This document shows, piece after piece, positions 8,943 through 16,222 of a stretch of DNA of 64,000 nucleotides; within the stretch, counting starts at the first letter, position 1; the number at the start of each line of letters is the position of its first letter. The position numbers and the translations under genes are program-made. The notes beneath the pieces were generated by a model. It ran no database searches, was not told where the DNA came from, and worked only from the letters and a program-made list of their open reading frames with translations. The stretch is taken from the sequence record MN988561.1. One strand, written 5' to 3'.

Positions 8943-9208
8943 GTTTCAGTTAACGGAGCCAGCGTATCTAGACTATAACATCTATCTCACAGATGTCTAG
9001 ATCGTAGTGAGTTTGAGCGTAGCCTTATGGTATCGTTCTGGCTGCACCGTTTCATATATGCGGTCCTGAGATGGGATAGGACTCTATCTGAGTGCACAAG
9101 GATAGATGCACCTAAGCGGTCTCTGCGATGAGATCCACCGCTCCATAATCTGTAATCTTGATGTGAACAGTGTCGTAGATATCTCATCAGTAATATCGAG
9201 TTAATGAG

Positions 9209-9709
9209 ATGATGTATATCCGATACGCTTTATACTTACCAGTTAATCTACTACTTGTACTGTCAGCATATGTGTTCTCACCTATTCTAGCAGCACTTTC
9301 TCTAATTACAGGTCCGACGCTCCCTGGAGTACTTCAATGGTTCTCTACTACGGATGACAATCTAGACGGTGGAATTCATCAGAATGTCTCAGGCTATAAG
9401 TCTGGACTGAAAGGATTCTCACTATGGTGGCAACGTACATGTTGGATCTGCAGAAATCCTGCTCATGGATGGCAGTCTAACTTACTAGGTATGTCTGTTG
9501 ATGGATTCGAATTTATCGAGAAGATCGATATTTCTACTCCTAAATGGTATCTGATGAAGAATAATAAGCATACGTTCTTCATGTGGAAGAAGGATCAACC
9601 ACTCTTCTCCAAGTATTATCTGAAACTATGGTTCGGATGGCTGAATACTGCATATGATGGTAAGAATCATCATTATGAATTTCAGATCGGACTGAAGAGT
9701 AAAAATTAA
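9209..9709 (+). CDS. hypothetical membrane-anchored protein
   Basis: N-terminal hydrophobic helix; Trp-rich WFSTTDDNLDG and WICRNPAHGW motifs. Confidence 0.75.
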   Translation: MMYIRYALYLPVNLLLVLSAYVFSPILAALSLITGPTLPGVLQWFSTTDDNLDGGIHQNVSGYKSGLKGFSLWWQRTCWICRNPAHGWQSNLLGMSVDGFEFIEKIDISTPKWYLMKNNKHTFFMWKKDQPLFSKYYLKLWFGWLNTAYDGKNHHYEFQIGLKSKN

Positions 9710-9719
9710 TATAGGTTAA

Positions 9720-9797
9720 GTCGCTATGACGGAGTGGTCCAACGTAATGGTCTGCAAAACCATATAACCGCTGGTTCGAATCCAGCTAGCGACTCCA
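9720..9797 (+). tRNA. tRNA-Cys (GCA)
   Basis: Cloverleaf, ctGCAaa loop, U73-CCA. Confidence 0.92.
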
Positions 9798-9807
9798 AGG
9801 TTAAACT

Positions 9808-9918
9808 ATGAAGTATGTAATCATTCTAGGATTGCTTCTAGCAGGGTGTAAAACTGCTGAAGAGCGTTACTACTCAGATTTGTCTACAGGTGTAGGCATA
9901 GTTCTAAAGGATAAATAA
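9808..9918 (+). CDS. small lipoprotein (36 aa; not in ORF track)
   Basis: Translates MKYVIILGLLLAGCKTAEERYYSDLSTGVGIVLKDK; canonical lipobox LAGC. Confidence 0.6.
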   Translation: MKYVIILGLLLAGCKTAEERYYSDLSTGVGIVLKDK

Positions 9919-10035
9919 ATGTCAACTATTATTGTTGCAGTTGTAGCATTCATTGCAGGTGGATACGCTAGTAAGAATTTTGGATTCGATCTAGTTGAGT
10001 ATGCCAAGGCTGCTTATAACAAGTTTAAGGCATAA
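9919..10035 (+). CDS. small single-TM protein (38 aa; not in ORF track)
   Basis: [38 protein letters not shown]; starts immediately after the lipoprotein stop codon. Confidence 0.55.
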   Translation: MSTIIVAVVAFIAGGYASKNFGFDLVEYAKAAYNKFKA

Positions 10036-10044
10036 TGCCTTTGT

Positions 10045-10121
10045 CGGAGCGTAGCGCAGCCAGGTAGCGCAATAGTTTTGGGTACTATGGGTCGTCTGTT
10101 CGAATCAGACCGTTCCGACCA
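10045..10121 (+). tRNA. tRNA-Pro (UGG)
   Basis: Cloverleaf, ttTGGgt loop, CCA end. Confidence 0.95.
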
Positions 10122-10123
10122 AT

Positions 10124-10200
10124 ATTCCCTTGGACAAGCGGTTTAAGTCATCTCACTTTCACTGAGAAGATCACGGGTTCAAATCCCGTAGGGAATACCA
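10124..10200 (+). tRNA. tRNA-Glu (UUC)
   Basis: Cloverleaf, ctTTCac loop, CCA end. Confidence 0.93.
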
Positions 10201-10205
10201 ATTTC

Positions 10206-10233
10206 AGCGAAGTTAGGCTCTTGTAGCCTTCCT
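10206..10233 (+). promoter_or_regulatory. bipartite motif copy 3
   Basis: TTC-AGCGAA-gttaggctcttgt-AGCCTTCCT, intergenic. Confidence 0.6.
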
Positions 10234-10298
10234 TCTTGTATCGGTTAGTAGTGTCAATCCGAGCTATTAATGTGAGTATTAAGTATCGGATTCTATGA

Positions 10299-10395
10299 TC
10301 GAGAGTGGTGGAACGGTAGACACATCCAGATAAAAGAGCAGTTTCTGGACGCTACTTAAATATGCGTGCTAGTTCAAGTCTAGCCTCTCGAACCA
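10299..10395 (+). tRNA. Leu-type tRNA with aberrant 15-nt anticodon loop (identity undetermined)
   Basis: TCGAGAG/CTCTCGA acceptor, A73-CCA, Leu-type D arm, long variable arm and normal T arm. The anticodon stem TCCAG/CTGGA closes ATAAAAGAGCAGTTT. Confidence 0.7.
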
Positions 10396-10429
10396 ATATT
10401 ATATGCTCATTCTTAGATAGGGATTACCA

Positions 10430-11191
10430 ATGGGTAAATTACATGAAATCCTCGCGGTTGAAGGTGACCTCGTAGGTGTAGCCAAGAAAGTTACTGAAGA
10501 AGCTATCGCTACGTTCAGCAAGCGTGCAGATCACTTCAGTGAGACTACTACTGAACAGAAATACTTTGCAGACGATGAGCAGCATCTCAATACGTCTGAA
10601 TCCAAGGCAATGGTGACCACTGTACCTGACAAGCTCAAGTACATTGTTGATCCTATTGCTAAGTTCTTCGATGCGTATTACTCGAAGGAAGCTACCAATC
10701 AGATCGCTAAGGCTGATGTAGAAGTCAAGGGTACGACGATCTTTGCAGATGTTCCAGCAACGGTTCTCCTAGGTATGGAGACTAAGCTTCGTGAACTCCG
10801 TAAGGTCTATGAATCGATTCCGACTCTCGCTCCTGGTGTATTCTGGGAGAAGGATGTTAATCGTCCGGCAGGTGTATACCGTGCTCGTGAACCTGAAGTC
10901 CGATTCGTTACGAAGAAGACTGTACGTCCGATCACTCTTTCACCTGCTACTGACAAGCATCCTGCTCAGATTGAGAAGGTCAATGAAGATCTTCCTGTCG
11001 CTAAGAAGACGATTACTACCTGGAGTAGTATGATGTCGTCAGCTGACAAGAGCAAGGTTCTCGAACGTATCGATACTCTGATCCGTGCAGTTAAGACTGC
11101 TCGTCAGCGTGCAAATGGTACTGAGGCAGTATCTGCTTCATCCTTCGGTGATAAGATTTTCGACTTTATCCATCAAGGTATCGTCGACTAA
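10430..11191 (+). CDS. conserved uncharacterised coiled-coil protein (KLHEILAVE / ATDKHPAQ family)
   Basis: 253 aa ORF with SD. It resembles, from memory and unverified, a widespread hypothetical family of bacteria and phages. Confidence 0.8.
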   Translation: MGKLHEILAVEGDLVGVAKKVTEEAIATFSKRADHFSETTTEQKYFADDEQHLNTSESKAMVTTVPDKLKYIVDPIAKFFDAYYSKEATNQIAKADVEVKGTTIFADVPATVLLGMETKLRELRKVYESIPTLAPGVFWEKDVNRPAGVYRAREPEVRFVTKKTVRPITLSPATDKHPAQIEKVNEDLPVAKKTITTWSSMMSSADKSKVLERIDTLIRAVKTARQRANGTEAVSASSFGDKIFDFIHQGIVD

Positions 11192-11349
11192 GAATTGAAT
11201 GTTGAGGCTACCAGCATAGCCTCCATTCTCCGACTCCCATAGGGACAAACTCAGCCTTAAACTTATTGTGAGTATCAAGAATTTATCTTCTGCTCAAGAT
11301 AAACAAACTAGCTTTGTATCCCTAAAACTTAGACAAGATTTACCAGATC

Positions 11350-11494
11350 CAGTCGCAGCATATCTCTATTTTCCCGGAAGGTCGTGAGTTCGAGTCTCAT
11401 CACCGCACCCAATTACCTACAATTGGACTGATGCGGTGTAGCTCAGTGGTAGAGCGTTCGTTTTATCTTGAAGATATTCTGTCGATGATGACTG
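11350..11494 (+). ncRNA. circularly permuted tRNA-like RNA
   Basis: T arm 11384-11400, then acceptor 3-prime strand CACCGCA-C-CCA, a 20-nt linker, acceptor 5-prime strand TGCGGTG and D arm; closed by CAGCATATCT/AGATATTCTG and CAGTC/GACTG. Confidence 0.8.
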
Positions 11495-11645
11495 TATGAA
11501 TCTATCGTAACGATTAAATATGCTCCGCGATAGGAGTGTATGTTACATTAACAAGAACAGGGTGGTTCCATGCGGAATGTGGTTCCACCCACCTCTTCTT
11601 ATATAAGATCATTCGGATTTTATATAATAAGAATTTGAGGTTTAC

Positions 11646-11933
11646 ATGAGTAAGGCATCAAAATTACTTAGCAAGATCAATGAATTGGACGGTGGATCTA
11701 AGGACCCTCTGGTTCAATCAGGTTGTGCTAAGATTGTAGCTTATTGTCAGAAGAAGAGTCTTAGTGCTGCTGAGATTGAGCAGATTAAGGATCAGATTCT
11801 TGACGATGAGCCTCTTCACAATCATACTGCAGATACACTAGCTGCAATCGGTCTTGATATGAATATCAAGTCTGAGCTTGTAGCGATTGGTCTCAGTAGT
11901 GATGAAGCTGATGCGATTATGAATGTAACCTAA
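11646..11933 (+). CDS. small protein with MSKA...INE N-terminal peptide
   Basis: GAGG SD; shared N-terminal motif. Confidence 0.75.
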   Translation: MSKASKLLSKINELDGGSKDPLVQSGCAKIVAYCQKKSLSAAEIEQIKDQILDDEPLHNHTADTLAAIGLDMNIKSELVAIGLSSDEADAIMNVT

Positions 11934-11940
11934 CAGACAT

Positions 11941-12014
11941 GCTCCTATAGTTAAGTGGTATAACTTCGCCTTTGTAACGCGAGTTCCTCAGTTCGATTCT
12001 GGGTGGGAGCACCA
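11941..12014 (+). tRNA. tRNA-Thr (UGU)
   Basis: Cloverleaf, ttTGTaa loop (one mismatch in the anticodon stem), CCA end. Confidence 0.9.
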
Positions 12015-12066
12015 TGATTTCTTGAATCCTAACTCATAGTGAGTTAGAGATAACAAGGAAGATAAA

Positions 12067-12363
12067 ATGAGTGATGAAGTTAATAAGACTGTCGTAACTA
12101 GAGAAGAACATCGAGGTACTGCTTGTAAGTACTATGATACTCGTGGTAAAGCATACGATGCTATTATCACTGAAGTATGGGGACCTCAATGCGTCAACCT
12201 TGTCTATGTCAATGATGTAGAAGGTCAGAAAGATTCTTATGGTCAGAAATTGATCAGATCATGTTCTGTGATGCATGGTAGTGTTCAGCAAGCTCATGGC
12301 AACTATTGGATGTTACCAGGAGAGACTCGAGTTTCTAAATATGTTCATGATTCAGCTATTTAA
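12067..12363 (+). CDS. hypothetical protein (98 aa)
   Basis: ORF with AAGGA SD. Confidence 0.75.
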   Translation: MSDEVNKTVVTREEHRGTACKYYDTRGKAYDAIITEVWGPQCVNLVYVNDVEGQKDSYGQKLIRSCSVMHGSVQQAHGNYWMLPGETRVSKYVHDSAI

Positions 12364-12437
12364 TTAACTTCTGTGATCTTCCGACCTTGACGCGACGAAG
12401 TAGCAGATAACTCCATCTTCCATAATTGTTATCACGT

Positions 12438-12513
12438 GGGACCGTAGCTCAGATGGGAGAGCGTCTGATTTGCATTCAGAAGGTCATCGGTTCGATCCCG
12501 ATCGGCTCCACCA
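12438..12513 (+). tRNA. tRNA-Ala (UGC)
   Basis: Cloverleaf, G3:U70, ttTGCat loop, CCA end. Confidence 0.95.
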
Positions 12514-12523
12514 CTTTTTATAT

Positions 12524-12606
12524 GCTCCTCCGAAAGGTGGATCCTTGATCTCTCTGAGGTAATACTCTGTCCTGGATCTAGTAGTTAATAGCTACTGGGA
12601 GCGCCA
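12524..12606 (+). ncRNA. degenerate tRNA-like element (acceptor + T-like arm + CCA)
   Basis: GCTCCT/GGGAGC stem ending G-CCA and an AGTAG-ttaatag-CTACT hairpin; no recognisable D or anticodon arm. Confidence 0.35.
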
Positions 12607-12658
12607 CATTAGGTCGTATCAACCTGAGGTTAACCGTAGTTACTCAAACTGATACAAT

Positions 12659-12745
12659 GGGATTTCAGACGTGTTGGAGTGCGATCGGCAGACTGTAAAT
12701 CTGTCCTCTTAGAGCTACTAGGTTCGAATCCTAGAAGTCCCACCA
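12659..12745 (+). tRNA. tRNA-Tyr (GUA)
   Basis: GCAGA-ctGTAaa-TCTGT, long variable arm, CCA end; divergent D arm. Confidence 0.88.
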
Positions 12746-12750
12746 TATTT

Positions 12751-12792
12751 ATAGCCTCATATCGGAGCAATCTGGTATGAGGCTATTTCTTT
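12751..12792 (+). terminator. intrinsic terminator
   Basis: 16-bp stem followed by TTCTTT. Confidence 0.65.
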
Positions 12793-12866
12793 CATGTTAA
12801 AGAGAGGAGCGATGTATTATGATCGTTACGACATCTTCTAGGTAAAACAACCTAGGAGTATAAAGC

Positions 12867-13169
12867 ATGAAGTCGCATTATATTAAGTCTGAGAAGTTTC
12901 GTTGGAATCGAGACGATAAGATCGAATATATTTACAAGCTCAGAGCTGGTAATTATTACCGTGATCTTAAGACCTTTCAGGAGATCTCTGCGAATGAGTT
13001 CGTTAAGTTTGATCCTGACTGTATCGAGTATAAGATTCCTCCTCGTTATGGACGACTTAATCATTACTTGAACAAGTGGAATCTTGAGAGATTTCCTTCT
13101 AAGTCTTATAAGAAGTCTTGGAAGTTTGCTCACAGATGCCGTAAGCAATGGATGATCAATCTTGAATAA
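12867..13169 (+). CDS. small basic protein (KSWK...RKQW C-terminus)
   Basis: AGGAG SD; 100 aa. Confidence 0.7.
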   Translation: MKSHYIKSEKFRWNRDDKIEYIYKLRAGNYYRDLKTFQEISANEFVKFDPDCIEYKIPPRYGRLNHYLNKWNLERFPSKSYKKSWKFAHRCRKQWMINLE

Positions 13170-13347
13170 GATGACATTCGATGATTGGTGTGATCAGGTC
13201 GATACTGTAGCGAGTAAAGCTATGGGAGGACCTGAATCATACACTAAGGCCACTGGCAGAGAATGCTGGATGGATATGTATAACGATGGATTCACTCCTG
13301 AAGATGCATGGACTGAAGAGTCTTTATGTATTCAGGAGTCCCTTTAA
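13162..13347 (+). CDS. small acidic hypothetical protein
   Basis: Coupled to the upstream ORF; 61 aa. Confidence 0.6.
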   Translation: MNKMTFDDWCDQVDTVASKAMGGPESYTKATGRECWMDMYNDGFTPEDAWTEESLCIQESL

Positions 13348-13365
13348 TTCTAGATGGATAAGTTA

Positions 13366-13509
13366 ATGAATTTTCTCGGTAAAATCTTTTCTGCAGATTC
13401 TAAGAAGCTGGATGACGCGAAGGCTCTTCTTGCAGAAGTAACTGCATCGAAGAATCGTATCATCAATAATGATCTTAAGGGTCGTATTGAGACTTTCTTG
13501 AGTGCATGA
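13366..13509 (+). CDS. small hypothetical protein (47 aa; not in ORF track)
   Basis: MNFLGKIFSADSKKLDDAKALLAEVTASKNRIINNDLKGRIETFLSA. Confidence 0.5.
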   Translation: MNFLGKIFSADSKKLDDAKALLAEVTASKNRIINNDLKGRIETFLSA

Positions 13510-13548
13510 GATAGAAGGCTAAAAGACGCGAATTATTCGCCTAGATTG

Positions 13549-13576
13549 AGCGAACTTAGCGTCTGATAGCCTTCCT
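13549..13576 (+). promoter_or_regulatory. bipartite motif copy 4
   Basis: AGCGAA-cttagcgtctgat-AGCCTTCCT; ends 17 nt upstream of tRNA-Asn. Confidence 0.6.
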
Positions 13577-13593
13577 TCTTTGTCAGACGGTGA

Positions 13594-13669
13594 TGGCTAG
13601 TAGCTCAGTTGGTAGAGCATTGCACTGTTAATGCGACGGTCGTAGGTTCGAGCCCTACCTAGTCAGCCA
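13594..13669 (+). tRNA. tRNA-Asn (GUU)
   Basis: Cloverleaf, ctGTTaa loop, G73-CCA. Confidence 0.95.
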
Positions 13670-13692
13670 GTCTGCTTATAAAGGATTCTTAG

Positions 13693-13899
13693 ATGGAACG
13701 TGTATATAGTTTAGTTTATGTTGCTATCATTACAGCAGGTGTAGTCGCAGGTATCACAGCACTCACTCTACCTTTGTACTATGGTACGATTGATAGTAAT
13801 CGTAAACAATCTGAGTTGTCAAGTAAGTGTGTTGACTCAGGAGGGTCCTGGATCGTAGGTCCTAATGGATACTACCAGTGTATTGCTGGTCGTAAGTAA
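13693..13899 (+). CDS. small membrane protein
   Basis: N-terminal TM helix and a C-terminal Cys pair. Confidence 0.65.
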   Translation: MERVYSLVYVAIITAGVVAGITALTLPLYYGTIDSNRKQSELSSKCVDSGGSWIVGPNGYYQCIAGRK

Positions 13900-13908
13900 T
13901 GTGAATAA

Positions 13909-14000
13909 GGATAGTTGGCTGAGTCTGGTCTAAGGCGCTCGACTTGAAATCGAGAGGACGTGAGAGCGTTCCGTGGGTTCGAATCCTACACTATCCGCCA
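13909..14000 (+). tRNA. tRNA-Ser (UGA)
   Basis: Cloverleaf, ctTGAaa loop, long variable arm, G73-CCA. Confidence 0.95.
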
Positions 14001-14018
14001 TATTTATTATTGAGTATA

Positions 14019-14405
14019 ATGGATCAAATAGTAAAGAAAAAGAGGACTAGACGTCCTGTTTCTTTAGAGACTAGAATGAAATTATCTGCTGCTCTTAAGG
14101 GTAAACCTCAGAGTAAAGTTTCTAATGAAGAGATTTTTGCAGATAATACTACTCATCCTAGACATCGTATTAAAGAAAGAATAATTCGAGATAATCTTAT
14201 TCCATACGAGTGTGCAATCTGTGAAAATGATGGTACATGGAATGGTGAACCTTTATCTTTACATCTAGACCATGAAAATGGTAAGAATAATGATAATCGT
14301 CTTGAGAATCTTAGATTCTTATGTCCTAACTGTCATAGTCAAACAGATACTTATGCAGGTAAGAATAAGAAACGTAAGAGAATCAAGAGAGAAGAGCGTG
14401 TTTAG
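14019..14405 (+). CDS. HNH homing endonuclease
   Basis: CAIC...LHLDHENGKNNDNRLENLRFLCPNCHSQT. The start was moved out of the tRNA to the Met at 14019. Confidence 0.9.
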   Translation: MDQIVKKKRTRRPVSLETRMKLSAALKGKPQSKVSNEEIFADNTTHPRHRIKERIIRDNLIPYECAICENDGTWNGEPLSLHLDHENGKNNDNRLENLRFLCPNCHSQTDTYAGKNKKRKRIKREERV

Positions 14406-14469
14406 TTCAATGGTAGAATGCGAGTCTCCAAAACTTGATATGAGAGTTCGATTCTCTCAGCACGTGCCA
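14396..14469 (+). tRNA. tRNA-Trp (CCA)
   Basis: Cloverleaf, ctCCAaa loop, G73-CCA; overlaps the last codons of the HNH gene. Confidence 0.92.
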
Positions 14470-14505
14470 ATTCTAGATATTAAATAAACACTTGGATAAG
14501 AAGAA

Positions 14506-15150
14506 ATGTCAAAAGCAAGAGATTTACTTAATACCTTGAATGAAGCTGATGATTGGAATATTCACAAGAAAGAGTTGAAGAAGGCTGGATTTGATCTCCA
14601 TCCTAATCATCACGCTAATGTGAATATCAATCGTAACAACTATCCTCAGAATCGTGATATCTATACGGGTAAAATGAGTAATGGTCATACGATGGTTATT
14701 ACTCAATTAACTCCGATTGATATGGATCGATACGCATCTGTTAAGGATGCTTCTGGTAAATTTATCAAGCACTACTACGTAGCTCCTGTTAAACCTACAC
14801 TGAGTAAAAGTCCTGTATTAAAGTCTACAGCGATCGGTAATGATCCTAAGACAGTACTTGAAGAAATCAAAGCAGCTATGAGAATGGTTCCAGAAGGACG
14901 TCAGGCTACCTTTAGATCTGTTGAACAGAATGGTAAGTACTATGAGTTCGATGTCAGATACTGGGGAAGCTGGGAAGTTCCTGATGGTGAAGACGATGAT
15001 GGAGACTACGACTTTGAAGTCTTGACATCTAAATCGTCTAAGTCACTTCAGAACATTGTTGAGCCTATCATTAAGAAATATCCAAGTCTAGATATCTACT
15101 ATCAAACTGGAGAGAAGAATTATATTACTGTTCATGCTACTGTAAAGTAG
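14506..15150 (+). CDS. hypothetical protein with MSKA...LNE N-terminal peptide
   Basis: 214 aa ORF; shared N-terminal motif. Confidence 0.8.
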   Translation: MSKARDLLNTLNEADDWNIHKKELKKAGFDLHPNHHANVNINRNNYPQNRDIYTGKMSNGHTMVITQLTPIDMDRYASVKDASGKFIKHYYVAPVKPTLSKSPVLKSTAIGNDPKTVLEEIKAAMRMVPEGRQATFRSVEQNGKYYEFDVRYWGSWEVPDGEDDDGDYDFEVLTSKSSKSLQNIVEPIIKKYPSLDIYYQTGEKNYITVHATVK

Positions 15151-15160
15151 TTGACAGTAT

Positions 15161-15245
15161 GTCGGTATGGCGGAATTGGTAGACGCCCTGGTTTTAGGTA
15201 CCAGTGTCGAAAGACGTGTAGGTTCGAGTCCTATTACCGACACCA
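15161..15245 (+). tRNA. tRNA-Leu (UAG)
   Basis: Cloverleaf, ttTAGgt loop, long variable arm, CCA end. Confidence 0.95.
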
Positions 15246-15251
15246 AATTAT

Positions 15252-15386
15252 GACTTGATGTTGCGAAAGAAATGGTTACTTCGTATTCCAAACGAGAAAT
15301 GTAGGTATCGAATCCTGCTATCCTAATAGGATATCGTCTAAGATAGGACGCTAAAATTTCCATTTCTGACACTATCTCATCAAGTC
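15252..15386 (+). ncRNA. Y-RNA-like unit 1 (permuted tRNA module)
   Basis: GACTTGATG/CATCAAGTC stem, GTTGCGA...ATCTC, TTACTTCG; T arm precedes TATCC/GGATA acceptor and D arm. Confidence 0.8.
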
Positions 15387-15394
15387 TCATATTC

Positions 15395-15477
15395 AGATCT
15401 TGACGTTGCGACTAGTATCGGATACTTCGCTTTGGTTGCTAAAAACTCCGATGCAATATACTATCTCGTCAAGATCT
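15395..15477 (+). ncRNA. Y-RNA-like unit 2 (no tRNA module)
   Basis: AGATCTTGACG/CGTCAAGATCT stem, GTTGCGA...ATCTC, TACTTCG, short loop. Confidence 0.75.
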
Positions 15478-15487
15478 TTCAGTTTAT

Positions 15488-15632
15488 CCTAACGTTGCGA
15501 ATTAAACAGTTACTTCGATATCAAGCAGAAGGTCAATGGTTCGAATCCATTCATGCGACACGCGTTGCATGTAGCTCAGTTGGTTAGAGCGTCCGCCACC
15601 ACAAGATCTGTTTAAGTCATTATCTCGTTAGG
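15488..15632 (+). ncRNA. Y-RNA-like unit 3 (permuted tRNA module)
   Basis: CCTAACG/CGTTAGG stem; T arm AATGG-TTCGAAT-CCATT, looped acceptor CATGCGA/TTGCATG, D arm TAGCTCAGTTGGTTAGAGC. Confidence 0.85.
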
Positions 15633-15641
15633 TCCTTATAA

Positions 15642-15786
15642 CCTAGTGTTGCGATCGGTACAACTTCATCGCATTGTAAGCCCTGTGTCATTGGTTCAAA
15701 TCCAATTCCTCCGTCCATCTATCGGAGGATAGCTCAGTCTGGTAGAGCAAGGAAAGTATGTTGTATCAATATACCATCTCACTAGG
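15642..15786 (+). ncRNA. Y-RNA-like unit 4 (permuted tRNA module, internal CCA)
   Basis: CCTAGTG/CACTAGG stem; T arm, TCCTCCG-T-CCA, CGGAGGA, D arm. Confidence 0.85.
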
Positions 15787-15924
15787 ATCCTTATCTCATC
15801 CACCAACCTCGGTGTAAGAGTGGAAAGAGTTACGTGATCGTATGAGAATACGATCACAGTCATTTAGGTCATGTACCATGTGTACAAGGATCATTCGAAG
15901 GTGCTCGTCATCTTCAGCAAATAA

Positions 15925-16068
15925 TGTAGAGTTGCGAATATATCAAGTTCATCGCTTACCATATACCAAGCGGGTAGCTCAGTGGTTAGAGCACTAGGAT
16001 GTAACAGTCGTAGAGGTCGTCGGTTCGAATCCGACTCTAACTTCTTGATATAGACTTATCTCTCTACA
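15925..16068 (+). ncRNA. Y-RNA-like unit 5 (D arm before T arm)
   Basis: TGTAGAG/CTCTACA stem, GTTGCGA...ATCTC; the tRNA arms are in normal order and the acceptor pairs poorly. Confidence 0.8.
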
Positions 16069-16077
16069 ACTTTTATA

Positions 16078-16212
16078 TGTACTGTTGCGACTAATACGGT
16101 TACTTCGTTGCAAATGAAACATAGGTTCGAATCCTATCCAGAGGATTGTCGTAAGATGACATCTGGCTGAGCATTGGTGAGCTCATCTCCGTATTAACTA
16201 CATCTCAGTACA
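16078..16212 (+). ncRNA. Y-RNA-like unit 6 (permuted tRNA module)
   Basis: TGTACTG/CAGTACA stem; ATAGG-TTCGAAT-CCTAT, CCAGA/TCTGG, GAGC/GCTC D arm. Confidence 0.85.
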
Positions 16213-16222
16213 ATTACAATTC

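Noticed and set aside
7024-9200. tmRNA or RNase P RNA among the structured spacers
   Set aside because: No tmRNA acceptor/T-arm termini or tag ORF, and no RNase P P4 consensus was seen.
13513-13541. Inverted near-copy of the bipartite motif
   Set aside because: The spacer is 15 nt rather than 13, and it is explained by a local hairpin with copy 4.
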